64,000 bases of DNA from Nibricoccus sp. (GTDB lineage: Bacteria > Verrucomicrobiota > Verrucomicrobiia > Opitutales > Opitutaceae), in the NCBI GenBank assembly GCA_047602425.1, contig JASGHG010000001.1, forward strand, positions 384,001-448,000, written 5' to 3'. Positions within the stretch are counted from its first letter, which is position 1, and each line of letters begins with the position of its first letter. This document shows, piece by piece, positions 18,576 through 29,029 of this stretch. The notes under the pieces are model-generated. The model had not been told where the DNA came from. It searched no databases and was given only the letters and a program-made list of their open reading frames with translations. The translations under genes were made by a program, and so were the position numbers.

Positions 18576-20342
18576 CTACTTTCCCGGCGCCGTGTTGGCA
18601 TACACCGCCCGTGGATCGAACAGAACGTAGAGGTCGTCCGTGAATTTCTGCGCGACGGTCAACGGAAAGCGAGGTGGCGGCCGGTTCGTCACCAACCACG
18701 TATAGACCTGAGCCCATTCGCCCAGGCGGCTCGGGTCGCTGCCGATCCGATTGAGACCACCAAAAAAAGGCCGGCTGAGCGTTTTCGGGCCCAGCACCAA
18801 CGCGTACGGCGGTTGATCGACCCCGATTTCATAAAACTCCCGCAGCGTCGCCGGCTGCGACCACACGCACTGGCCGCTATACCATGCGGCGCCCGCCGGC
18901 ACGTCGGCCATCCAGGCAGCTCCACCGCGCCGGTTGGAATCGTCGCGCATGCCGCAGTAAATATTAGGATAATACGGCGGATAACTAAAATGGCCGCGAT
19001 AGGGCTCCAGAACGTCATGTGCCAGCGGCAATGCCTGCAAACCCAGCAACGCCGCGGCCAGCCAGCGTCCAGCGAGCGCAAATTTTTCGTTGCTCGCGAC
19101 CAGCACGGCGAAAAAGCCCGCGCCAAACACGGTCACGATCGGCACCGCGTAAAATGCCGGGAAACGCTCTCCTTCTCCCGAATCGAGAAAGGCAAACGAG
19201 ACAACCAATACCACTAAAATTGCGAGCAGCGCCCACCGCATCCGGTTCACCAGCGAGGAACGGAAACGGTAAAGGAGGCTGACAACGAAAAGCGCGGTGA
19301 AGAGCAGCCCACCCGCCCAGATTTGCCCGCCCAGCGCAACCTGCAAAGCCGTCAGGCCCTTGTTGCCGATCTTGTTCAGGAGAATGGCCGGGCTTTCCGC
19401 GGAGAGTGTGTTGCGCACGATTTCGGGCTCGGCCGTCGGGTCGCCCGCCTTCAAGGCGACGCTCTGCCCTCCCAGCCCAAAAGGGTTGTCGGTCAGTCCG
19501 ACGTTGCGCGACATCCAGGGATAGACGACCAGGATAAAACCAATCGCCACGCCTAAGATCGCCGCCATGCGGGCTCCACCGCGGCAACGCAGTCCGGCGT
19601 AGGCCAGCACCGGAAGCACCACAAGGCAGGCGGTGTAATCGCAAAGACACATCAGGCCGCAAGTCACGCCCGCCATGAAAAACCAGGGACGCAGCGGCTT
19701 GCCTGTCGCAGCCGCACCATCGCCCCGCACCAAAAAATGTGCCAGCCCCAGAAGCAACAGCATCATGAGCGGCGTTCCGTTGACCGCCACGGTCTGCGCC
19801 CAGATCGTGGAACAAAGCAACAAGCCCAACATCGCCAAAAGGCCTACGTTCGCGTCGAACAACTTGCGTCCCAACAACCAGGTCAGCACCGCCGCGATCC
19901 ATAGCAGGACCACATTCAAAACGAGTAAAAGGTAGTCCGCGCGGAAGCCGTCGATGCCTTGCGGCGCGTTTTGAAACAATGCATGCCGCATCCTCGCCGG
20001 CAGAATGGAGAGCGCCCCGCCGATCACTGTCGGATAGAGCGGCGCCTGGTGCAATTCGGGCCACGCCCGCTCGAAATCGGGTTTATGTCCGCGCGCGCGC
20101 AGCACCGCGAGCGACTGGGGATAGCGCACCAGCGTTGTGAAACCCTCGCCCGCCGCGACCTGTCGGCCCACCACCGCCTGGGCGAGTGTCGTCTCTGTGC
20201 GCGGGCCGCGGAATTGCGTGTATCCAATCCGCAATGACAACAGCAGGACGCCCACCAGCAACGCCGCAATCCGGATCCAGCGCGCGCCCGGACCGATCTC
20301 CAACCAGTGCACCCATTCTTGTGGCGAACGTGAAGTTTTCAC
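18576..20342 (-). CDS. Multi-TM GT-C (ArnT/PMT-like) glycosyltransferase
   Basis: QVAAGEGFTT, PLYP, W..RN...T.NPFG motifs; many TM helices; GTG start overlaps RR stop. Confidence 0.6.
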   Translation of the reverse strand: MKTSRSPQEWVHWLEIGPGARWIRIAALLVGVLLLSLRIGYTQFRGPRTETTLAQAVVGRQVAAGEGFTTLVRYPQSLAVLRARGHKPDFERAWPELHQAPLYPTVIGGALSILPARMRHALFQNAPQGIDGFRADYLLLVLNVVLLWIAAVLTWLLGRKLFDANVGLLAMLGLLLCSTIWAQTVAVNGTPLMMLLLLGLAHFLVRGDGAAATGKPLRPWFFMAGVTCGLMCLCDYTACLVVLPVLAYAGLRCRGGARMAAILGVAIGFILVVYPWMSRNVGLTDNPFGLGGQSVALKAGDPTAEPEIVRNTLSAESPAILLNKIGNKGLTALQVALGGQIWAGGLLFTALFVVSLLYRFRSSLVNRMRWALLAILVVLVVSFAFLDSGEGERFPAFYAVPIVTVFGAGFFAVLVASNEKFALAGRWLAAALLGLQALPLAHDVLEPYRGHFSYPPYYPNIYCGMRDDSNRRGGAAWMADVPAGAAWYSGQCVWSQPATLREFYEIGVDQPPYALVLGPKTLSRPFFGGLNRIGSDPSRLGEWAQVYTWLVTNRPPPRFPLTVAQKFTDDLYVLFDPRAVYANTAPGK

Positions 20343-21760
20343 CGGTCAATCACGTCGAGTTCGGGCCATTGTGAAATCTTGCGGTGCAGCGTGCGACGGC
20401 TGATCCCCATGAGCTCCGCCGCCTTCGTGCGATTGCCACGCGCCTTGTGCAAGGCTTCGCGCAATAGGCGTTTTTCGTTGTCCTCCACCAGAAGCGAGGA
20501 ACCGGCAGCCGAACTATTGGCCGGAGCCACAGCACCATCGTCCGCAACCGGCGGCGTGGCGCTTCCGGCGGCGAGCACGGGCGTTTCGCCGCGGAATTTG
20601 GGTTCCAGTTCGAACTCGGTGAGCCGCCCGCCGCGATGCAGCACGACAGCGTTTTCGACAAAGTTGCGCAGCTCGCGGATGTTGCCCGGCCACGAATAAG
20701 TCTGCAGGTGCTTCATCGCACCCGGCTCGATCGTCAGCGGCTGGACGCCGTTTTCGTCGCTGAAGAGCTTGTTGAAATGCGCGAGCAAAAGCGGGATGTC
20801 GTCGGTGCGCTCGCGCAGTGGCGGCATCGCGATGCGCACGACGTTGAGCCGGAAAAAAAGGTCTTCGCGGAATTTCCCAGTGCGCACCATCTGTTCGAGG
20901 CTGCGGTTGGTCGCGGCCACGAGGCGCACGTCAAGTTGAAGCGGCTTCGAACCGCCGACACGCTCAATCGATTTCGTTTCGAGAAAACGCAGCAGCTTCA
21001 CCTGCGTGGATTGGGAAATCTCGCCGATTTCGTCGAGGAAAAGCGTGCCGCCGTCTGCCGCTTCAAAACGGCCGATTCGCCGCTCCATCGCGCCAGTGAA
21101 AGCGCCGCGTTCGTGGCCGAAGATTTCGCTTTCGAGCAGATTTTCCGAAAGCGCCGCGCAATGCACCGCCACAAATGGCGCACGCGCACGCGGACTCGCC
21201 TGGTGAATAGCCTGTGCAATAAGTTCCTTGCCCGTGCCCGACTCGCCTTCGATCAGGATCGTGGCTTTGGAGGGAGCGACGAGTTTTACCCGGCCGAGCA
21301 TGTCCTGCAATTTTTCCGAATGGCCCACGATGCCGGTGCCGGAGATGTTGAACTTTTCGTCGAGGCGTTCGTGCAACTGCTTCACTTCGACTTCGAGTGT
21401 CTTGGATTTCAACGCGCGCTGGATGAGCACTTCGAGTCGCTCGATGTTGACGGGCTTCGTCAAAAAATCCACGGCACCGCGTTTCATCGCTTCGACCGCG
21501 GTCTCGATGTTGCCGTAAGCGGTCATCATCAGGACGGCTGGGTGGTTCGGCAACGTGAGCGCCTTGTCGATCACTTTAAGTCCGGATTTCCCCGGCATAC
21601 GGAGATCGGTCAGGATGACATCGAACTCCTGCGCATCGAAAAGGTTGAATGCCTCATCGGCGCTGCTGGCCACGGTGACGTCATAGTTGTCTTCCAAGGC
21701 CTGTTGCAGGCCCTCGCGGGTATGCTTCTCGTCGTCGACTATGAGTACGCTCGGAACCAT
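20339..21760 (-). CDS. Sigma54-dependent response regulator (NtrC/AtoC family)
   Basis: REC (VDDE, DLRMP), [22 protein letters not shown], Fis-type HTH. Confidence 0.95.
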   Translation of the reverse strand: MVPSVLIVDDEKHTREGLQQALEDNYDVTVASSADEAFNLFDAQEFDVILTDLRMPGKSGLKVIDKALTLPNHPAVLMMTAYGNIETAVEAMKRGAVDFLTKPVNIERLEVLIQRALKSKTLEVEVKQLHERLDEKFNISGTGIVGHSEKLQDMLGRVKLVAPSKATILIEGESGTGKELIAQAIHQASPRARAPFVAVHCAALSENLLESEIFGHERGAFTGAMERRIGRFEAADGGTLFLDEIGEISQSTQVKLLRFLETKSIERVGGSKPLQLDVRLVAATNRSLEQMVRTGKFREDLFFRLNVVRIAMPPLRERTDDIPLLLAHFNKLFSDENGVQPLTIEPGAMKHLQTYSWPGNIRELRNFVENAVVLHRGGRLTEFELEPKFRGETPVLAAGSATPPVADDGAVAPANSSAAGSSLLVEDNEKRLLREALHKARGNRTKAAELMGISRRTLHRKISQWPELDVIDR

Positions 21761-21859
21761 GCCCTAAGTCACACGCTGGAAAGCCCTCACGTCAAGCACT
21801 GCGCAACTTTGGCACAGTCGGTGATTCGAACATTGAGTTCGATCCAGCCGATCTCGTGG

Positions 21860-22321
21860 TCGACACTTTTTCGGTTCAATCCAACACTCACTCCATTGAA
21901 GCCGACACTCTTCCAACCGGTACCGACGTCGAATCACTCTAGGCCAACGGTATTTCAACCGGCGCCAACACTTGAAGTGAGCAAATGGACACTTCGCGTG
22001 CCCAAGCCGACATCTCAGGTGCCCACTTGCTCGGTCAAAGTGTCGACGCCGACATTTGGAGTAAGAAAGCCGACATTCAGAGTGCTCAATTCAATAATTC
22101 GACTGAGCAAAAGCGCACTCGGCGTGTTCAAGCCAGCACTTCAGATGCGCAAGCCGATGCAAAAACCATCGGCTCCGACACTCAAACTGTCGACTTGCAT
22201 GCAAAAACCATCGGCGCGCTCACTTAAAGTGTCGGCTTACGCATAAAAACCGTCGGCTTGGATACTCAGAGCGATAAAGCCGACACTCCGTTTGCCGAAC
22301 TTCTCCTCGCGGGTGCCAAAT
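21860..22321. repeat. Tandem array of ~22 degenerate 21-bp units (consensus ~CCGACACTynnAGTGyCsAAG)
   Basis: CCRAC cores in exact 21-bp register at 21881, 21902, 21923, 21944, 21965, 22007, 22049, 22070, 22175, 22280. Confidence 0.85.
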
Positions 22322-22371
22322 TTGCCATCCGCGACCCAAATTCCCCTCGGGAATCATAAAAAGGCACAGCC

Positions 22372-23562
22372 TCACTCCCCGCCGCTCAGCATCCGCACCC
22401 GGCGGTTTTTTTGCGGGAATTGCAATGTCACGATTGTGCCGACGCCTTCCTTGCTTTCGATGCCGACCTGGCCGCCGTGTTCGCGCATGATGCGCTGCAC
22501 GATCATCAGGCCGAGGCCGTGGCCGCCGGGTTTGGTGGTATGATACGGTTGGAATAGCCTGACCAGATCCTCCTGCTTGATGCCCGCGCCGGTGTCCCCG
22601 AAGAGCAGATAAACGTTGTCGTCGTCGACCCGCGTCTTGATGCGCAGGCTGCCGCCGGGCTCCATCGCCTCCATCGCATTTTTCACGAGGTTGAAAAATA
22701 CCTGTTTGATCTGGTTTCGGTCGGCCATCACCAACGGCAGGTTGGCCGGGATTTCAGCCTCCACGGTCACGCTGCGATCCGCGATTTCCTGTTGCTGAAA
22801 ACGCAGGACTTCGTCGAGTAGCTCCGCGAGGTTGGTGTCGGCGAGATCGGGGGGCTGCGGGCGGATCGCGTCGAGAAAATTGCTGATGATACCGTCGAGG
22901 CGCCGCACTTCGTCCTGACAAACCTTGATCGAATCGGCCAGCGCGTCCGAGTCTTTGGATTTGGCGGCTTTGAGTTTTTTCAACCGCCGTTCGATCAGCT
23001 GCAGGTGAATGGTCAGCGAATTAAGCGGGTTGCCCAATTCATGCGCCACGCCAGCTGCAAGCAGGAGAATCGAGGACGTTTTTTCGTTCTCAATGCGCTC
23101 CTCAGTCGTCTGTTTGTCGCGGGTAATGTCGCTCAGGATCACCGCGAAACGCCGCTCGGCGCCCTGCCCTTCGTTTTGGAACGGCACCATGTATAAACGC
23201 ACCGATTTTGGCTCCGGATAGGACAGTTCGATCTCGCGCGCTACCACCGGCAGCGTCGGCACGGAATCGTCGTCCAAGGCGGCTTCCAGCGAAGGCCGCA
23301 GCCCCGGAACCAGTCGCCAGAGGATCGCACCGCTTAATTCATCCTCGCGCAGGCCGATAATACGGTGAGCAGCATGATTCGCATATTCGATCACCCCGCC
23401 CGCGCTGATCACCAGCACGCCCTCCTGCAGGGTGTTGAAAATGTTTTCGAACAATCCGCGTTCGCGTGCGAGACGCTGGACAAGGTTGGTCAGATTGACC
23501 GTATCGAGCGTGTCGATACGCCCAAGCACGCGATCAAGCGAGGAGTGTTTCTTGACTGCCAT
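22372..23562 (-). CDS. PAS-domain sensor histidine kinase (NtrB-like, cytoplasmic)
   Basis: AHELGNPL H-box, NLVKNA, DTGAGI, GHGLGL. Confidence 0.93.
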   Translation of the reverse strand: MAVKKHSSLDRVLGRIDTLDTVNLTNLVQRLARERGLFENIFNTLQEGVLVISAGGVIEYANHAAHRIIGLREDELSGAILWRLVPGLRPSLEAALDDDSVPTLPVVAREIELSYPEPKSVRLYMVPFQNEGQGAERRFAVILSDITRDKQTTEERIENEKTSSILLLAAGVAHELGNPLNSLTIHLQLIERRLKKLKAAKSKDSDALADSIKVCQDEVRRLDGIISNFLDAIRPQPPDLADTNLAELLDEVLRFQQQEIADRSVTVEAEIPANLPLVMADRNQIKQVFFNLVKNAMEAMEPGGSLRIKTRVDDDNVYLLFGDTGAGIKQEDLVRLFQPYHTTKPGGHGLGLMIVQRIMREHGGQVGIESKEGVGTIVTLQFPQKNRRVRMLSGGE

Positions 23563-23638
23563 GTGCACAGGAAAACAAACCTGCGGCGCGTTGCAACCCG
23601 TCGTCTCGCCATCTCGCAGGAAACTGAAAAACGAAATA

Positions 23639-23800
23639 GTTACACAGAGAACACGGAGGAAAAACCGGAGGTCACAGAGGCGTTCCGGTTCATCCCGAAT
23701 CTACTCCGCATTCCTGCCCTTTTGGCTCTAAGCCGTGTATGGGGATTTTCTTTTCAACTCTCTGTGACCTCCGTGTCTCCTCTCGTGCCCTCTGTGTAAC
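23639..23800. repeat. MITE/REP-like inverted-repeat element built from CAC(A/G)GAG units
   Basis: GTTACACAGAG..GGAGGTCACAGAG pairs with CTCTGTGACCTCC..CTCTGTGTAAC. Confidence 0.8.
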
Positions 23801-23878
23801 AACTGCTCATTCATCCTAAAACCAACCGCCTGCAACAAAGCTTGTTCAACCTCCAAAACCTTCCTACCCTCCCCAACC

Positions 23879-24966
23879 ATGAACCCCGAACGTATTGGCA
23901 TTCTTACCGGTGGCGGCGATTGCCCCGGCCTTAACGCAGTCATTCGCGCGGTCGTCAAAGCCGCCTCGCGGCTCGGTTGGGAAACCCTCGGTTTCCTCGG
24001 TGGCTATGAAGGTCTGCTTTCCCCCGTTGCCTACCGCTCGCTCGACCATCGCGAAATGGGCGCGCTGCTCACCGCCGGCGGCACGGTGCTCGGCACCACC
24101 AATCGCGGGCGTTTCGCCGCCAAGACCGGCCATGGCGAAAAAGCTCAAATCCCGCGCGACGTTCTCGATCAGGCCAAACTCAATTTCGAAAGCCTCGGCC
24201 TGCGCGCACTCATCTGCGTCGGCGGCGATGGATCGCTAACCATTGCCCAGACCCTTTTCGAACACGGCATCCCCGTCGTCGGCGTGCCCAAGACGATCGA
24301 CAACGACCTCGAAGCCACAACCATTACCTTTGGTTTCGACTCCGCCGTGGCCTGCGCGACCGATGCGCTCGATCGCCTGCACACCACTGCCGCCAGCCAC
24401 AACCGCGTGATGGTCCTCGAAGTCATGGGCCGCTACGCCGGATGGATTGCCGCTCACGCCGGAATCGCGGGCGGCGGCGACATCATTTTGATCCCGGAGA
24501 TCCCGTTCAACTACGAATCGATCTGCAAAAAAATCGCCGAACGCGAAGCGATGGGCCGGCTTTTCACCTTGATCGTGGTTGCGGAAGGTGCACGCGAGGC
24601 CGGCCATGATTTCGTTTCGCAAGAACCCAACGCCAAAGATCGCGAGGCCCGCCTTGGCGGCATCGGCGCCGTCGTCGCCTATGAAGTCGGCAAACGCACC
24701 GGCAAGGAATGCCGCACCGTCGTCCTCGGCCACTCCAACGCGGTGGCGGTCCTACGACGTTCGACCGCTTGCTCTGCACCCGCTTCGGCGTGAAAGCCGT
24801 GCAATTAGTCCAGGAAGGCCGGTTCGGCCAAATGGTGGCCCTGCGCCCACCCGACACTGTCGCCGTCCCCATCACCGAAGCCATCGGCCGCCTCCGCACC
24901 GTCCCGCCCGACGGTGATATTGTCCGGACCGCAAGAGCGCTGGGGATCAGTTTTGGGGCGGAGTGA
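23879..24966 (+). pseudogene. pfkA: 6-phosphofructokinase with single-base deletion near 24733
   Basis: TGGGDCPGLN, GGDGS, PKTIDND, EVMGR; LGH-LQRGG split across frames (cac-tccaa vs cac-ctc-caa); likely sequencing indel. Confidence 0.88.
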
Positions 24967-25031
24967 GTATGACGATTCTTTGGCCATGGTTGTCTCAATG
25001 ATCTCCTGCACCGCTAAATTCTAAATTTTCG

Positions 25032-25460
25032 ATGACAGAAATAACAATTGCTCTGCTTTCATTACTCAGCGCCGCAATAAGCGCTTTTCTCGCCTATATT
25101 TTCACAACTCGGGCAACGCGGACTGAAGCAATGCTTCGATTCAAAGAGGAGAAATACGCAAAGTTGTTGGTAAAACTACAAGGATTTGTAGGCGTTACGA
25201 CTTCAGCCCAGTTGAAAAAAGAATTCTTCGAGGAACAATATCAGGCGTGGCTCTACGCATCAGATGAAGTCATCCAAGCTCTAAACAGGATGGTCCGTTT
25301 GGTCATCGAAAGCAAAGGAGTTGAACCAAGCCCCGAAGCCGGGCACAAAGCGGTTGGAGACATCGTGGTCGCAATGCGCCGAGATCTCCTTGGCAAAACC
25401 ACCCTCGACCATACGGCATTTAAGTACATCGATGTTATTGAAAGAACAAAAGGTCATTGA
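25032..25460 (+). CDS. Hypothetical protein with N-terminal TM, lower GC than neighbours
   Basis: 142-aa ORF, WLYASDEVI..AMRRDL segment, AT-richer codons. Confidence 0.7.
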   Translation: MTEITIALLSLLSAAISAFLAYIFTTRATRTEAMLRFKEEKYAKLLVKLQGFVGVTTSAQLKKEFFEEQYQAWLYASDEVIQALNRMVRLVIESKGVEPSPEAGHKAVGDIVVAMRRDLLGKTTLDHTAFKYIDVIERTKGH

Positions 25461-25476
25461 TCCGTAAGGCAGCAAA

Positions 25477-26409
25477 CTACTTCCCCTCCCCCAATAACTC
25501 CTTCACATCTTTCTGTTTTGGATACTTGGGGCGCTTCGGGTTGGGGTTGACTTGGTGAATCCAGACGCCGGCGATGCGGTCGGGATATTTGGTCAGAATG
25601 GTGTGGTAAATCTCGGGGTCACGTTCTCCGTCGTCGCCAAAGAGGAAGAATTTCAGCTGCGGAAATTCGGCCAGAATCGTCTCGATGCGACGGAGTTTGT
25701 AATTCTCGTGTTCGCCCATCGAGTCGCCCGAACCAGAACCTATCTCTTTCAACTGCAGCACGCCCCGGGGAAAACCGTTGAGTTGGAGAAAGCGCCGGAG
25801 ATTGTCCGTCAGCTGGCGGGGCGATGAAGAAACATAAAAGACCGCGGAGGCCTCGGGCGCGGGGTTGCTTTTCAGCATGCGCGCATAAAGCGCGGCCATG
25901 CCCGGCACGGCTTGGCGCAACTCCGGAGGCACGGCGAGGCTGTTTTTAAGGAGCGTCGTCGTGCTCAGCACCTCACTGACCAGAATCGTGTCGTCGATGT
26001 CGGAGATAAGACCGACGGTATTGCCAGGATCGGCGACTAAAAAACCGGCCTGACTGCTGGCGGCTGGTTCGGCTTCGATGTCATACCAGCCGGGTTTCAA
26101 GTCGAGCGACTGGCTGGCGGCGATCGCCCAGTAACCCTTGTCGCCGACGCGCAGCGACCAGCCGTAACCCGGTATCCGCCAGGCCACGATACCATTCTCA
26201 CCACTGGTAAGCAGCAGCCTCGTGTTGCGATAAATGGATTGAAGCGAACCGCTGTTTTTATCCGGACCGTGATGCACTTCCGTTAAACGCCCGGAAAAAT
26301 GATAACCTTTTGCTCCCTGCCAGGCGTCGTCCATGACGGTCTGCAGAGCTTCTTCGCCATGCAGCGGAAGCGAAAGCAAAGCGACGAAAAGAAGCGCGCA
26401 AAATTTCAT
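25477..26409 (-). CDS. App1-like (DUF2183) HAD phosphatidate phosphatase with signal peptide
   Basis: ISDIDDT, FYVSSSP, GFPRG, GDDGERDPEIY motifs. Confidence 0.82.
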   Translation of the reverse strand: MKFCALLFVALLSLPLHGEEALQTVMDDAWQGAKGYHFSGRLTEVHHGPDKNSGSLQSIYRNTRLLLTSGENGIVAWRIPGYGWSLRVGDKGYWAIAASQSLDLKPGWYDIEAEPAASSQAGFLVADPGNTVGLISDIDDTILVSEVLSTTTLLKNSLAVPPELRQAVPGMAALYARMLKSNPAPEASAVFYVSSSPRQLTDNLRRFLQLNGFPRGVLQLKEIGSGSGDSMGEHENYKLRRIETILAEFPQLKFFLFGDDGERDPEIYHTILTKYPDRIAGVWIHQVNPNPKRPKYPKQKDVKELLGEGK

Positions 26410-27557
26410 CGCGCGGTTTTGGCCAAAGTTTCGACCAGCATCGAGGCAATTTCCCGCGCCGCAAACGGCTTGGCGATCGCCTGCGCGGCAGCGGACATGC
26501 GCCTGATGCGGACCGGATCGGCCAGCCAGCGTCGCAGATAATACGCGGCGTCGGCGGTATCGTAGAGTCGCACAGCAGCGCCTTCCTCAAGGAGATATTC
26601 GGCGTTGCGTTGTTCCTGGCCGGGGATCGGCGCGACCAGCGCGAGAGGCTTTCCTTTGGCGAGCACTTCCATCGTGGTGAGGCCGCCGGGCTTCGTTACT
26701 ACAAGGTCGGCAGCATCCATGAGTTCGTGCATGTTGTTCACGAAGCCGTAGACCTTCGCGGGAACGGGCAAATTTTCAGCGACGACGCGGCATTCCTTTT
26801 CGAGTGTGGAATTTTTCCCCGCGACAACGACCAACGAAAGCTCATCGCGGCAATCGGCAAACGACGCGAGCATCTGCTTCATCGGTCCCACGCCGAAACC
26901 ACCCGAAAGAAGTAAGATTGTCGGCTTTTCCAAAAGGCCGAGTTTGGCACGCGCTTCGGGGCCAGGCGTGCGGTTGGCGAAGATCGGATCGACCGGGATG
27001 CCCGTGACGCTGATGCGCTCCGGTGGTACACCTTTGCGGAGGAGTTCGCGCGCCGCGGCGGGCGTGGCCACGTGATAGTGCTCAATATGAGGATAAATCC
27101 AAAATGCATGCGGGCTCACATCGGTCACGACGGCATGCACAGGCATCGAAAGTTTTTTTCGCCCTTTGAGATCGGAAAGCAATTCGAGCGGCAGAAAATG
27201 CGTGCACAGGATCACGCGGGGCTCCACTTCGTCGATGCATTTGCGAAAAGAGCGGCTGTTGAGCTTGTCAAAAGCCAGACGTGCGCGGGCGCGTTTGCTG
27301 GCAGGCGACACCACCACGTCAGAACGATCATAGAAATATCCCCAAAGCTCGGGCGCTTTTTGTACGAGCGAAATATAAGATTTCACGTACATGCGGCGAA
27401 AAAACGCAGTCGTGCATTCGAGCGTATCGACCACGCGATGGTCCTGATTGGTGGCTTGGAGTGCGGCTGAAATCGCCTCCGCCGCGCGTTTGTGGCCAGC
27501 GCCGGCCGTAGCATGGAGAATCAGAATCGGAGAGCCTGCGGGCCTGGGATTTTTCAT
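26406..27557 (-). CDS. MGDG synthase / UgtP-like GT28 diacylglycerol glycosyltransferase
   Basis: GAGHKRAA, THFLP, VVTD, TGIPV, TKPGGLT, PGQEQRN. Confidence 0.88.
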   Translation of the reverse strand: MKNPRPAGSPILILHATAGAGHKRAAEAISAALQATNQDHRVVDTLECTTAFFRRMYVKSYISLVQKAPELWGYFYDRSDVVVSPASKRARARLAFDKLNSRSFRKCIDEVEPRVILCTHFLPLELLSDLKGRKKLSMPVHAVVTDVSPHAFWIYPHIEHYHVATPAAARELLRKGVPPERISVTGIPVDPIFANRTPGPEARAKLGLLEKPTILLLSGGFGVGPMKQMLASFADCRDELSLVVVAGKNSTLEKECRVVAENLPVPAKVYGFVNNMHELMDAADLVVTKPGGLTTMEVLAKGKPLALVAPIPGQEQRNAEYLLEEGAAVRLYDTADAAYYLRRWLADPVRIRRMSAAAQAIAKPFAAREIASMLVETLAKTAR

Positions 27558-27728
27558 CGGGGAAACAGGGCCGCACTCTGGCAGGAACAAACCGCGTGAG
27601 GCAAGCCATTGGAGCACGTTAAAACCTAAGCAGTGGCCATGTGCTCAGATCTAGCGATTTGTTTTCGAGACGCGTGATGCGCCGCTAGAACCAAACACCG
27701 CGTTGAGGTCAACGCGGTCCACCGTTTG

Positions 27729-28895
27729 TCAGCCGCGCTTGATCTGCGTGCCGCGCACGATGGCCGAACCACCTCGCTGCGCCTTCAAGGAGTCGACCGC
27801 ATTCGCGAGGCGTTTTCGCTTTTCGTCCGAAGCGCCAAACATCTCCAATTGTTCCGGCCGGTCGTCGACGCTGGAAAACCGCACACTCACGAGGCGCAGC
27901 GGACGTTTTTTCAACCACGCCTTTTTCAACAAAGGCGCGACCCACGGATAAAAAGGCGTCTCCAAATCGGTCGCCACGTCGAGACTATGCCCGGCCGACA
28001 TCTGCTCAAAATCGGGATAACGCACCTTCAACGTCAGTGTGCGCACGCGTTTCCCGTCGGCCCGGATCTTCGGCATCAGGTCATCGATCATGCCTTTGGC
28101 GATACGCTCTATTTCGGTAAAATCCGAAATATCGGTGAAAAACGTTTCCTGCTGCGAATAGGATTTTGCGTCTTCGAAGTCGGTCTCCACCACGCCGTCG
28201 TCCTCGCCGCGCGCCATGCGCAGCATGTCAGCCCAGCCGTTGCCGAAGGCGGCTTTGGCCTGCGTTTCAGACAAAGCCAGAATATCGGCCACGCGTTTCA
28301 GCCCGCGGGCATTGAGCGCCTCCTCGGTTTTCGTGCCGATGCCCGGGAGCTTACCGATGGAAAGCGGTTCAAGAAATGTTCGTTCCGCGCCGGGAATCAC
28401 GACGGTAAAGCCGCGCGGCTTGTTGAGCTTGCTGGCGATGGCCGAGACGAGCTTGTTGGACGCGAGTCCGAAGGAAACCGTGATTTGCAGATCGTTCCAA
28501 ATGCAGGCCTGCAAGCGCCGGATCGCGGCTTCGACCTCTGCGACGGTCTTGAAGCCGCATGGCCCAACATCGAGAAAACCTTCGTCGACCGAACGCCGTT
28601 CGACCAATGGCGTGATGGTTTCACAGAGGTCGAAAAGCTTGCGCGAATATTCGCCGTAACGTCCGCCCGAGTGCGAAACGAGAATCAAATCCGGACACAC
28701 CTTCAGCGCCCGTTGCGACGGCATCGGCGTGTAGACGCCACAGGCCCGCGCCTCGTAGCTCGCCGACGATATGATCCCGCGTTCACGACCGCCCACCGCA
28801 ACTTTCTTTCCGCGCAGCGACGGATCGAGCGCCTGCTCAACCGACACGAAAAACGCGTCGGCATCGAGGTGAACGATCGTGGGCAGCGTGCGCAT
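27729..28895 (-). CDS. dinB: DNA polymerase IV
   Basis: HLDADAFFVSVE, SYEAR, SVDEGFLD, C-terminal clamp motif QLEMF. Confidence 0.93.
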   Translation of the reverse strand: MRTLPTIVHLDADAFFVSVEQALDPSLRGKKVAVGGRERGIISSASYEARACGVYTPMPSQRALKVCPDLILVSHSGGRYGEYSRKLFDLCETITPLVERRSVDEGFLDVGPCGFKTVAEVEAAIRRLQACIWNDLQITVSFGLASNKLVSAIASKLNKPRGFTVVIPGAERTFLEPLSIGKLPGIGTKTEEALNARGLKRVADILALSETQAKAAFGNGWADMLRMARGEDDGVVETDFEDAKSYSQQETFFTDISDFTEIERIAKGMIDDLMPKIRADGKRVRTLTLKVRYPDFEQMSAGHSLDVATDLETPFYPWVAPLLKKAWLKKRPLRLVSVRFSSVDDRPEQLEMFGASDEKRKRLANAVDSLKAQRGGSAIVRGTQIKRG

Positions 28896-29029
28896 GCACC
28901 TAGCTGAATCAGCCCTGTTCACGCGTCAATCCACCGACACATTCCGCCTGACAGTCATTTTTACCGAATAGCGCGTTGCCGGGCTGCGGCCGTTGGCGTC
29001 TATTTCAAGACCAACTTCCCGCGCCCTCC

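Noticed and set aside
20636..21760. First part of the 536-aa plus-strand ORF
   Set aside because: Antisense shadow of the sigma54 response regulator; only its repeat-derived end is discussed.
21810..21825. Sigma54-like TGGCAC ahead of the 21-bp array
   Set aside because: The -12 position reads GA, not GC.
21860..22321. CRISPR array interpretation of the 21-bp repeats
   Set aside because: Period is far too short, there is no invariant 23-50 bp repeat with unique spacers, and no cas genes are present.
28900..28932. Possible LexA box upstream of dinB
   Set aside because: Only one TGTTC half-site; the second half does not match TGTTC-N4-GAACA.
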